DNA of 64,000 bases from Plasmodiophora brassicae (taxonomy: Eukaryota). Positions 26,710-38,089 of the stretch are shown in pieces. How positions within the stretch are numbered: the stretch's first letter is position 1; every line of letters begins with the position of its first letter. The position numbers and the translations under genes were made by a program. Location of the stretch: the NCBI GenBank assembly GCA_036867785.1, contig CP145415.1, positions 1,178,001 to 1,242,000 of the forward strand, read 5' to 3'. Below the pieces are notes generated by a model. That model saw nothing but the letters and a program-made list of their open reading frames with translations. It searched no databases and was not told where the DNA came from.

Positions 26710-27178
26710 ACCCACCTGAAGATGGGGTCAATCGGGTTGTAGGGAACCTCTAGTGGCTAGTCGTCTTCGTCTCCGTCAAAGCCAAGCAGATGAAGACACA
26801 CAGGAACGACGCGAGATAGCCAACGTGGATCGGAGGAAATGGACAACCTGTAGGACGATCCGGCGTGCCGCCACTCTCGTCTTCTCGCCGGATGCTTCTG
26901 TAGTGCGAGAGCGGCGGGCGGCACGATGTGCAGGACCGGATGGATCGTGCCAGATCTTTTCCGTTCCCTCCACGTGTGCCTTCTGCTCCTTCTCGCTTTG
27001 TTCCTTGGCTTTCGTCAAACTGGATTTAGAGTCTCCGAGTGGAACAATCGGTTCCCATGCGTGGCCTGTTTGCCGTACGAGGTTCACCATGACTGGCGTT
27101 CTTCTCCCACTGAGGACGGCTCCGCTCATCATGATGCTTATAAAGCACGCGCTGTAAGGTGGCGGCCGAGCCTTTAGT

Positions 27179-28740
27179 TTATTGTTCCTCGTTGACAAAC
27201 GGTGTACGGTTGCACTTCCATTGGACGAGCCGGTGCAGGTCGTTGCGGACCGTGCCCAGGAACGGCACAAGGTGTAGGTCGCCGCGCGCCTTCCCCAATC
27301 TGATCCGGGCCACGTCCAGCTCGCCGAGCCGACCCTGCGACCGCGTCAAATGGTACGTTCTCTCAAAGTACTCGGACGCTTTCTCGTAATCGCCTGCCCA
27401 TCGCACTGATCAACGACGAGGGCTCCAGGCAGCATCGGTATCGCTCGGCATTACCGATCTCACTGTAGATGGCGCCGAGCTCGGCGCAGGCGCGCTCCTG
27501 GCCGTCTTTCGAGTCGCTCTCGGTCGCAATGTCCAGGAACGCTTTGAACCGCCGGATCGCCTCGTGGTTATCACCGAGCGAGTGGAACGACCGCCCCAGG
27601 GCGGCCTCAGCCTCGCCCTCAGCCTGCCGATCCTTGAGGTCCTTGCAGATCTGCAGGAAGTTCTGCAGGTACTGCAAGGACGTCATCGGATCGCCGAGTT
27701 CGTTAAACGCCAGGCCGAGCTTGTGGTTGGCGAACCCTTCCGCCCTGGGGTCCTCCGCCGCCACCGCCGCGTCCAGGCACCGGCTGAAGCTCTCGACGGC
27801 CGCGTTCAGGTCGCCCTCCTCCTGGTGCTGTTCAGCCTGGCGCCGGAACATCTCCGTTAAATGGTGGCCCGCCAGCTGGATCCCTTCCGCGTCCTCCGCC
27901 CGCCGGCAAATCTCCAGGTGCCTCTCGTGGAACTGGATGGCTGCGGCCAGTTCGCCCAACCTGCCACGATGGTCACAATGCGGTCGGGTGACGCGCGCCC
28001 GCCGAGTCCTACTTCTCGAACATGACGCCCAGGTAGTGGTTGGACTCGCCCGCGTGCGCATCGTTGCCCATCAGCGATGCGATCTCCAGGCACTTCTCGT
28101 AGAAGCAGATGGCCGTCGTCATGTCGTCCTTGCTGGCGTAGTGGTTCGCCACCTTCCTGTACGCAACGTACATGCCGTCCGAGCTCCCTGTCGCGCTCGT
28201 TCAGGACCCCCGCACCCTGCCGGTCGTCCCGCCAGGGATCACGTGTACCTTGCCGATGGGCGACTTCCGATTGCGACAGGCTCTCCTTGACGAATTCGAG
28301 TTCGTCGAGGGTGGACGGGCGCGATGCGGGCGCAGGCCTCGACGCCGACCCATCATCGCCGGCATGGGTCAGGTAGAACAATTCCGCATAGGAGTTCACG
28401 AACCCGGCCAGCAGCAGCTCATGGCAGAGCGTCTGAGCACAACGACGTTGCCTTTCGTCAGCGAACGCTGTCTCGGAACGCCCCTGCCCATGACCTGGCG
28501 GTCTCGTGGCGGTTTCGCGGCCGCCAGCTCATCGAGTCGCTTCCTCAGCTGGGCGGCGTTGGCTTCCTCGGCCCGCTTCACGATCGACCGCTTCGGCGAC
28601 GCTGACCGCGGCCCAGGCGCCGGTTTCGCCCTGCCAGGCGACGTCCGCGCCTTCAGGGATGCCAGCCCCCTGGCCGACGCCTTCTGCGCCCGGGACGCCG
28701 ACCTGGGCGCCACTGGCGGCGGCATCATCGCGTCGCCCAT
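27179..28740 (-). CDS. TTC29: Tetratricopeptide repeat protein 29-like (flagellar/axonemal)
   Basis: LC.ELLLAGFVNSYAELFYL motif, then TPR/NSF-like repeats (AIQFHERHLEI, EGFANHKLGLA, QERACAELGAIY) and C-terminal ARIRLGKARG...LVQWK. Confidence 0.8.
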
Positions 28741-28972
28741 GTATGCCCGACACCAGCAGTCGACGGGATCGATCAGCGTGTACCTGGTACAGGTCACCTC
28801 GCTGGACGCGACTCTACTGGTACCGGTTGTACTCGCGACAGACGTTGACGTACCCGATCAATGCACACTGGACGAGTATGGCGGAAGTATCGATGTGCAT
28901 GGCACCCTACGCCCCGAGTGACGATGCGACCGCGTCGTCAGTCATTTATGGCGTCGGCAGGGGCGGGCGCGC

Positions 28973-31928
28973 ATGGACGACGTCGACGCGGTCGTGGGCG
29001 CGCTGCGGCGCCCGCTGGCCCGCGAGGCGTCCTGCGACGAGAGCGTTGCAGAGATCCACCGGTCCGTTGGGGACAGCGCGGGCGCGTACCGAGCGGTGCC
29101 CGGCATGCGTGCCTGTGACGCCGTCGTCCATGCGGTCCTGGCCGGCGGGCCGTCGTCGCCGACGTTCGACGTGCTGGTGGCGCTGGTGGCGGGCAGTGCT
29201 GACCCGGCGGCCAGCGTTGCGCGCCTGGCGAGGTGCGGCCCGCAGGCATGCACGCACCTGGTGCGCAAGTTCGAATCGCATCCGCTGCGCGACACATTCG
29301 TTGCCGCCGTCGTACGCGCCGATGCGTGCGAACACCTGACGCTCCCCGCATGGAGGTCGTTCGCGCGTACCGCTTCAGGGCCATTGCCTCGCCCGTGCCT
29401 GCGTGGGTACCTCGCTGCTCCCTGCTGCATTGTCGTGTTCTTACCGTGCGATTTGCTCGCGTTCGCGTGCAGTGGACCGGATGGAGGACGACGACGACTG
29501 CGACGGCGAGGACGTGCCTCCCTGTGTCTTTGAATTGATATCGGCGTCGGCACCCGCCGGCAGCGTTGTCAAGGAGGCTCGACGTCGTCTGTCCTCCTGG
29601 GTATCGTTGGTGCCCGTCTGCGAACGTGCTGCGCTGCTCGCGTCGAACGTCCATCGTTGCCAGCAACCCGCGCTTCATGGGCATGTTCGGGAGGCGTTGG
29701 AAGTGGACATTCGGGAACGCGCGCGCCTATCCGCTGACGATACGTTCGTGCTGGCGCATCTGCCTGCCAACGATCTTCTTCACCAGTGGGTCAACAGCGC
29801 GGGCACGGGACCGTCCGCCTTCCTGGTTGCGTTCCATTACGCGTACGCCGGCGACCCTGGTCCCATTGCGGATCGCGCCGACCTTCTGCTCCGGTTCGTT
29901 GATCTCGCCGGCCAACCGCATCTGACCGAACGTGTCGTCGCTGTCGCCCTGATTGCGACTCTCGCCGACGTTCTGCAACAGTCGACCCGGCCGATGGCGT
30001 CGATACTCTTTCGGACAGGGTCGATGCCGGGTCAGTTGGCTGATCGACGGCGGTCTCTGCTGATTGCGACATTGTTCATCATGGGGCGACGCGCATCGAT
30101 CATGCCGACGTTCGCTGTGGATCGCGTCGTAGAGGCCTTGCTGTCGGGCGACGTCGACCACCAATCCGGCGATCTTGTCGTGCGATGCGCCCTGCGCCTC
30201 TGCCACGTGGACCACCCGTTCTGCGTTTCGGCCGCTCTCGACGCGCTGTCCCTGCCCGGCGCCGTCGCCATCCTCCAGCGAACAGCAACCGCCGACCTCA
30301 TCGATACGGTGCTTGCTGCCACCGACATCCGCTGCAACCTCGAGGGCGATGATGGAGATGACGGCCGGGACGCCGACTGCCCTGTTCCGTCGATTCAGAG
30401 GCAGGCGTCACAGGTCGCCGCAATGCTGGAACCATCGTTGGGGACCGCCGTTTCGCTGCTAGTCCAAGTCGACGACGGCGCTGACCACGACGCGTTCCGG
30501 GATCGCCTCTGGGCAGCGTTGCACGATGTGGTCCAGTCACGCTGCCGACCTGATCGCGATCTGCTCGATGCCGCACGTCAGCTGTTCGCGTTGACCTCCT
30601 GCGTCGACTGTGGACCCAGCGGGTGCTTGCGTCGCCGCCTGCCCTCACCGTGTACGCGAGCACCTCCTGCAAAGACGTTCATGGCAGGGCTGGCGCCCAG
30701 ATCGGCGTGGTCGTTGATGCAACGTGGCCTTCAGGTCGTTTTCGGCCAGGAAGGCGTCCCTGAATCGGTGTTGACGCTGTTTGCCGGCGACCTGAATGTC
30801 GTGGCCGGCGCCTGTATCAAGTACGTCCAGGGAATGATGGACGAGGAGTCCGCCGTCATGGCGTTCGTCGACGTCCTGATCGGCAAGTTGATTTCGAGCG
30901 CCAGCGCTGACGGGTACGTCACCGCCCATGCCGAGCTGTGCCACCTGCTGTTCGAGGTCAAGGAAGGCAGGCCAGAGACAACGCTACGTGCCCTGGAGCA
31001 CCCGGCCCTGCTGTCTGCACTGGTCGACACGATCCAGACGTCGACAAGCCGGCGCCTGGCGGCGAACACGGCCATCCTGGTGACCGTGTTTATCGGCGAC
31101 CTTGTCGAGGGTCTCGTCGGCGACGCTGACACCAGGCGTCGCCTGCTTCGTCGCATCCTGCAAACCAGTGCCGTCGCGGGGTCTTGCCACCAGATCGTGT
31201 CGGCATGCAGTACGACGGTGCCGTTCGACAATGCAGACGACATCCTGAAGGCACTCCTCGACTGCGTCGTCGTCATCTCGCAGGTCGATGTTCCCGGGGC
31301 GGCCGCCTCCGTGTTCGGCAAGGCCGGCGAAGGCGAGCCGGTCGCCTGCAGGATCCTGGACGCGTTTGCGTCTGCGCCTGGGCCCATCCGGGTGCTGTTC
31401 GCTGATGGAACTAGCAGCGACCTGCTGGAGATGGCGCGCGGCTTGATCGTGGCTGGCTGCCAGAACAAGGTGCATCCCGGTGGCGTCGTGTGTCGCCTCG
31501 ACCCTGTCTGACGAATGCTCCCTGTATAGCAGGTGAAATTCTCGACAACCCTGGCACGCTCCGATGCGTTTGCGACGCGTATGCTGTTCCTGTGCCGGGA
31601 CTTCCGGCGCCCTGCCATGCACGCCGACCTTGCATTCCTGGGTAAAATGTACGAGCGCCTGGTGGTGGTCGGCTGGATAGGTGTGCATCTGCTGACGCGC
31701 GCTTCGCCTGTCAGGTTCGCCTGCGACGGGGTCCTGGCGCGCACAGCGACCGCTGTGCCGCACATTACCGACTGGCTGAGCTCGTACGCGCGGGACGATC
31801 CGAACGCCGCCCGCTACGACTCGATCATCAACGCTATCAGGGAGCGGATTCGGTACGTGCAGCAGCACGGCACGTCCCGTTGTACGCTGTCTGGTTCTGA
31901 TGGCCGCACGTGCTGTGATGGCAGGTGA
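28973..31928 (+). CDS. Hypothetical large alpha-helical (ARM/HEAT-like) protein
   Basis: 702-aa ORF flanked by spliceable exons, rich in Leu/Ala/Val amphipathic helices. No motif recognised. Confidence 0.6.
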
Positions 31929-32166
31929 AGCGTGTCTCGTTGGCATGTTATGTAAACGAGCCCTTTGAGGTCAGACCGCGTGGCATCCGCGTTCAGCAAC
32001 GTCCGACGTTACCCGTTCATTCGGAACCCCAAATGGATGGATACACAGGCGCGTCCCATTGTCATGTTCCCGCAATTCGAGACATCTGTAATGCCAGGGA
32101 CGGGCATACTACTCTGACGTGAACGCCGGACGGCAGGACACATGCCACGCGCACGCTGAAGGAATA

Positions 32167-33474
32167 TTACAGTCCTTTGTTGAACGAGAAGGAAGTCACA
32201 GGGCGGCCCTTGCTGTCCTTCAGGCCCTGGAACTCGGGCTCGACGTCCTGCGCCCGGATTGCCCCTGTTTGTGGGAACAACCCAATGGCCAGGGGAACAG
32301 CCGCCGCAAGACACGCGGTGACGATCCCGACCTCCACTACAAGTCGAGCGCGCTTGCTCGCCGGCATCATCTTGGCCTTGTTCAGCAGGTTGATGATGAT
32401 TGGTGGCAGAACCAGGATCGGAGCCGGCAACGCCACCCGTGTCAAGGCCACCTGCGTCAGCGCGGCGCGGCCCGCCTGTTTCGACTGAACAGGACACTGT
32501 CAGAAGGATAACAACGGGTCTCATTGTGCTCCCCGACACCTTGCCGACAATGCGCCCCTCCTCGTCCTTAATCTCGATGCCTTCCTGCAACTCGTTGTAC
32601 CTCATTAACGTGACGTTCAGGACCCCAGCGCTGGCCACGGCCACGAACGGGGTGAACTGTTTCAGCAGGCGCAGGTTGGCGACCTGTGCAATCTGGCAAC
32701 GATATCGCGTCACCAGGAGAGCGCCCCCGAGGCAGCCAATGCGCTCGCGCCCGCCTACCTGGTTGAGGCCCACCGATATGCCACAGGACGCACCGACAGC
32801 GGCCGCATACGCCTTCATGATCTGCTCATTCGACATCGGGTTGGACGCGTTCCGATTCGCATGATTCACAGCGACATTATACTGCACACACACACACACA
32901 TCAGGTCGTCTGCCAACGTGGCCGAACACGTGCCGCCCATTACCGACTGGTTCACCCATTGCCAGAACACGGTGCCGACCACCGTGTTCGTCGTCAGCAT
33001 GCCGACGCAGATGGGCAGGTTCACGGGGACGAACGCCGAGAACCTGACGGGCAGACGATGTTCAGCCACCGACAGGGAATGGCGGTCGGGCGGTGACGAC
33101 AGGCCGACCTGAACAGCAGCGGAATGGGCTTGCCGGTGTCAGGATGCACGATGGCCTCCAGCGTCGACCGGGCCGCCCACATCTGCTCGTTGGACACGCC
33201 GGGCGGCGCCCCGCCAAGGTCCCTGAACTGTGCAATCAGGCCGGCGGCGTGCGCCAGCTCGGCGTCGGACGTGAACAGCGTCCGCGGGTTGATGATATCA
33301 ATGAACTTGCGCACTACGACGTGCATACCGAGTCACAAGCGCGATCATCGTCTGTCGCGAGGCCAACACCGCACCTCTGCCCATGTACGTCGACTGGTCA
33401 TACCGCGGCCGCTCCAACGAGAACGCCGGGATAGCGTCCCCAGGCGGCGGCGGCGGCGTCGTCGTCGTCGCCAT
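32167..33474 (-). CDS. SFXN: Sideroflexin (mitochondrial tricarboxylate/serine carrier)
   Basis: PRYDQSTYMGR, HPDTGK.IP..FR.SAFVPVN, FWQWVNQSYNVAVNHANRNAS, PFVAVASAG, MRYNEL..GI and C-terminal FNKGL. Confidence 0.95.
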
Positions 33475-33768
33475 AACGAGGACGTCTTTTTTGTCTCGGT
33501 TTTGTCGCAGACGAGCAGCACACAGACGTACCACTTACCAGGCCAGGGCCAACCAGTCCCCGCCAGAGCCGCGCCCGCAGCCTTCTCTACCCAGATGCAC
33601 CGTCCATCGTGTCCCTCTTGCGATCGGACGCGTGCTGTTCGTCTGCCCAGGCGCCAACGCGTAGGTGCTGGACACGCTGGCCAAATTTACCGGCTCTGCA
33701 TGCACGGGTGGCGCCAGCACCCCACACCCGGAGTTCCAGTGGGTCCGTCCGCGCAGGCTGTTGCCGCC

Positions 33769-36423
33769 ATGGCCTCCCTGAAGAAGGTGTTCGAGAAGCT
33801 CAAGGTCGTCGGCGCTCCTGTCCAGGACATGGCGTGGACGTTCCTGAAGCGGTCGCAGTCGAAGCATCCGTCGCTGGGCGCTGTATGTCGCGCAGTGTGG
33901 CCGGATGGCCCCCCCTCCCCCCCCGGCGCCTGCTGAATGGGTCGTTGTGTGCTCTGTAGAGGGCGGAGCACTGCAGGAGTTACGTCTGCGCCGACCTCGC
34001 TACCATGATGTGTCGTCGCTCGACTGTTTGCACGATACGTGCTGGTTGCACACTGAATCTTCGCAACCAGGTGCAACGAGGTGCTCTCGCGACACGACGC
34101 CATACGGTGCTCTGGTGTGGATGAGAAAGTGTACGCGAACACGTACCATGTCAGTATGCGTTCGCGGCGGGCGTAACGAATGTGCTGGTGAATGCTTCCC
34201 CTGCAATAGCAACTGCACCGGGTTCTCGAGCTGCCCAAGGACGCCAACGTCACCTACCTTTGCCGGGTGTTCAAAGTTGAGCACCTGGAGGAGGTGACCA
34301 AAGAGGTCATCATGGCGTACCTCATGGAGTACTGCCGTCGTCCAGTACTCGTGCGGGTGGGTTCACTGACAGTCTGCGCAGGTATGCGCGGGTCATCAAA
34401 CGGCCGACGCGCGGCGTCATGCATGTCAACCCATTGCTGGCTGCCGCGTGCCTGAATCTTGTCACCAAACGCAAGGGGAACGTCCTGCCCGTCAGGGACC
34501 TCCTTCGAGCGCTGCACTGCAAAAAGAAATGGCAGATGGTGATGTACGATAAGGTGACCGCTGTACCGGGTCATCGTCCCACCGGCCGCTTACGTTGTGC
34601 ATCTCTGTAGTTCAAGAATGGCGTCATGAAGTACTGCGACAGGGCGTTGCCGCCTGTCGAGAACGTCCGTCCGAAACCTGTCACCTTCGAGAAGCAGTAC
34701 TTCGGGGTAGACCGCGAAGAAGTTAGGGGCAGCGGCGGGCCAACGGATATGCCACCCTCGTTCATTGTCTGGATGTAGGCCCCATCGGACTGCCCGAATA
34801 AGTTCCTGTCAGACGCGTTGCTTACCTTCAGCAACGACTACTTCGTACGTCGCCCTACGTCTGTCAGATAGCGCTGGGCCATTCTAACCGCATCCGTCGC
34901 TGTGTAAGCAGTCCATGAATTGGGTGGCGAAGGGCACCGCTTATTACAAGGCGGCACGGTCGTTGAGAGCGTGTACGACGGAAATCAAGTCTGGCGAACA
35001 GGCTATAAAGCTTCTCGGTGTGGAGCGTGACATAGCGAAAGCCATTGACGAAATGTTCAAGCAGATGCCCGCGTTCAGGTGTGTGCGCGTGTTGTACTGT
35101 CTCAGTCCAATGCCGCGCGTGGTAATCGTACGTGGCAGGGCATTGTTTGATCCGAAGGCCAACGAGGAATCCATTCAGGAGCTGGAGCAGGTTTGCGGCA
35201 TCAACCGGTGGAAAGCCACGATCTTAGTCGAGGACCATGTATGGCTTTGCAATGTGACCCCGGCAGCTTCCCCAGGGACAACAATTCACCGATTCTCTGC
35301 CTTTAGCAAGTTCTGAGCGTGGACATGCTGTACGGCAAGCAACAGTTACTGGATGCGACCGCCGTTAAGGGTCCCCTTCCGAGTCGAATGGATTCACTCA
35401 TCGCGACCTGCTAAGTCACTGTGCATAGGCCTGCGTTATTACAGGACGTTCCAAACTCCCATGTCGTCGGCCACGGTCGGCGACATCGTTAGCAAGGTCC
35501 AAGACGCGGCAGCGCGCGTAGGTTTCGTGCTGTGCCCGTCCGTGATCGCGTTCCCTTGCTGATTGATGCGCTTGCAGGTGAAGCCGGAGGTTCGTATTGA
35601 GGAGTGCGGCCCACATGAGCTTCGCGCGTTCCCCGTCCGCGTCGTCAAAGTCCTCGTGGAGTTGCCTCCTGACCAGTTCGACGCGATGATAGCGGCTCTG
35701 CACGCGGACGGCGTCATCCACGAGATCATCGTGTCCGGGCCCGATGTGCGAACAGTCGCTTGGAAATGGTCGCCGCAGGAGAAGCAGGACGTGGCGGCGA
35801 CAATGGACCGCCCGGCACCGACTACCTTGTCCTTGGCCGATATCGAACGGCGGCTGGAAGAGACGCAGAGTCCCATCGAGCTAGATTTCGACTTCCAGTT
35901 GGCTGACACGAACAACAACCTGGCGCCGTTGGTAACGCCTCGCTATGTGGACAAGAACGAGACAGCGATTCCGTCGAACGTGTGCCGTGTCGACCTCCAT
36001 CGAACCGACAAGGAGCGTTTCGTCGTCACCCGCACCCATCTGTTGGGACCTCGGCGCTTCTTCAAAGCACTGAAGAGGCAGGCCGCCGGCAGAGGCCTGT
36101 ACTTATCCAGGAAATCGTTGCGGAAGCCGAGCGGTGAGATGATCCCGGTCGATTCGGACGACAACCTATTCGGCGCGATTGGAATGAAGCCCGTCCCCGT
36201 GGGCGACAGGCGCGCGTTCGCTGAGGACCAACCCCTATTCGACGATGAGTGGCCCGCGGAGGACTCCGACGACGATGTGGACCTGCCACGTCATATCCCG
36301 CTGCACAAGCTCCTGGACAGCGACAACGCCGACGGCGAGCTCGACTACATCGACCTGGTTAAGCGCCGATGTGGCTCAAGGCACCCGCTGCCGGAGTACG
36401 ACGGCTCGTTCATGTATAAGTGA
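33769..36423 (+). CDS. DNA polymerase X family (Pol beta/lambda-fold) protein with a long N-terminal extension, catalytic motifs degenerate
   Basis: 8-kDa domain AYYKAARSL...GEQAIKLLGV..IAKAIDE, HhH LEQVCGI, fingers IGLRYY..FQ, palm CRVDL, thumb LLG...F.KALKRQA..RGLYLS, IPVDSDDNLFGAIGM..VP..DR. Many short introns. Confidence 0.8.
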
Positions 36424-36605
36424 AGCGCGTGCATGTTCGAAGGCGTTTCCCGGTTTGTGTTGCTGGTAGGGTAGGCGCATCGTGGCACTGGGAGCTGCAA
36501 CCGGCTGCAGACAACAATTGTGCGTGAGAGCGTTGCGCGTGCGCGCCCATTTGTCGCGGAACGCCGCCCGACGCGTCATCGACGGCCAACGGGCGTCGCC
36601 CCACA

Positions 36606-37831
36606 ATGCCACCCGTTGCCGCGTACGAGGAGGGCGAGGAGGTCCTCGCGCACCGTCCGTGACGCCTACGCTGTCTGTGCCTGGGCGCGGTACGCTGACC
36701 CCGGTGGCTGCAGACGGGCCCTGTGTCTATGCCGCCCGGATCGTCAAGATCGCGCCGTCCGAGGAGGCGCCCGGCGAGTTCGAGTACCGTGTGCATTACC
36801 TCAACTGGAACAAATCGTACGCCCTTGCCCTGCTGGGCGCTCTGCACTTGCTGACGGCGGTGTAGCTGGGACGAATGGGTGCTGGCCGACCGGCTCATGA
36901 AGAAGACGCCTGAGAACATCACCAAGATGCATGAAATCGAGAGGCAGCTGAAGGAACAGAAGAAGCAGAAACCGGAGAAGCGTAAGACCACCGCAACGAA
37001 GAGGCGGCGGACGGTCAGCGAGGTCGGCGTCGAAGAGCCGGACGCAAAACGGGAAGAGGTGAGGCGGCGTGTTACGGTTGCGTTTATGGTTCGACCTTCG
37101 GATTCGTAATTGCATTTCCGCAGATGAACCTGCTGCCGATGCCGGCCAACCTCAAGGCCGCACTTATTGCTGACTGGGAGTCTATCTGCAAGAAGCGATC
37201 GTTGATTCCCCTACCTGCGACGCCGAACATCGACACCATTCTTGACGGGTACATTCACTCGAAGGTTAGGCGGGTTCAACACTGGCAACGCGTTGCCTCG
37301 ATCCGAGCAATGATCGGCGTGGTAGTCCAACCGGAAACCCGAAGTCGAGAAAGACGTTGTCGATGTCATGAACGGCATCCGGGTCTACTTTGAACGGTCC
37401 GTTGGCACGCGCCTACTGTACGACTTCGAACGGCCACAGCATGATGCCCTGGTAAACGAAGCCAACGCAGACACTCCGTTGACGAGCCTGTACGGTGTAC
37501 AGGTATTGCTGCTGCTAGTGTACCCGTGTCTCCTCGGTACTGAGGTCGTCTCCCTAGCACCTGCTACGCTTGTTCGTTCTGCTGCCGCAGCTTATGGTGC
37601 ACTCTGACATGGACAATGAACAGCGCCAACAGCTGCTGCAAAAGATGACGCCGTTCCTTAAGTGAGCCCTTGCGTGCCCTCCCCCATCTGCAAGCCTCTG
37701 CTGAACGCTCATCGCTCTGCAGGTACCTGTCCAAGAACCTGAGTGACATGAAGTCGGACTCGTACACGCCAATGAGCCCGGAATACCTGCAGCAACTGAT
37801 CAGCGCCGACTACGATATCGAACGGACATGA
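36606..37831 (+). CDS. MRG15: MRG15/EAF3 chromo-barrel plus MRG domain protein
   Basis: HGPCVYAARI...YRVHYLNWNKSWDEWV, LKAALIADWE, LIPLPA.PN, GIRVYF...VGTRLLYDFERPQH, YG..HLLRLFV.LP. Confidence 0.93.
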
Positions 37832-38089
37832 GCGGGCGACGCCGCTCTTCCATTAGGACACAATGAATCGTTTTCATGCGTTCGACCGCCGCAGTGTGTG
37901 TGTGGGTCCATGACGTCGTTTGCTGTTGTTTGTCAGCAGAGGCGCGGCGTCGGTCAGGTCGAGCGAGGCCGACACGAGCGATTATAGAAGACAGGGCGGT
38001 CGAGCGCGCGGGACCACGGAGTCCGTGCTCAATTCGGGTACCGCGTGCGACGGCGGGCTACACCATCACGAAACCTCTCTGGCCGAGCC

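Noticed and set aside
26776-27270. 164-aa minus-strand ORF downstream of TTC29
   Set aside because: It overlaps the TTC29 3' end and has no recognisable domain; cannot be supported as a gene.
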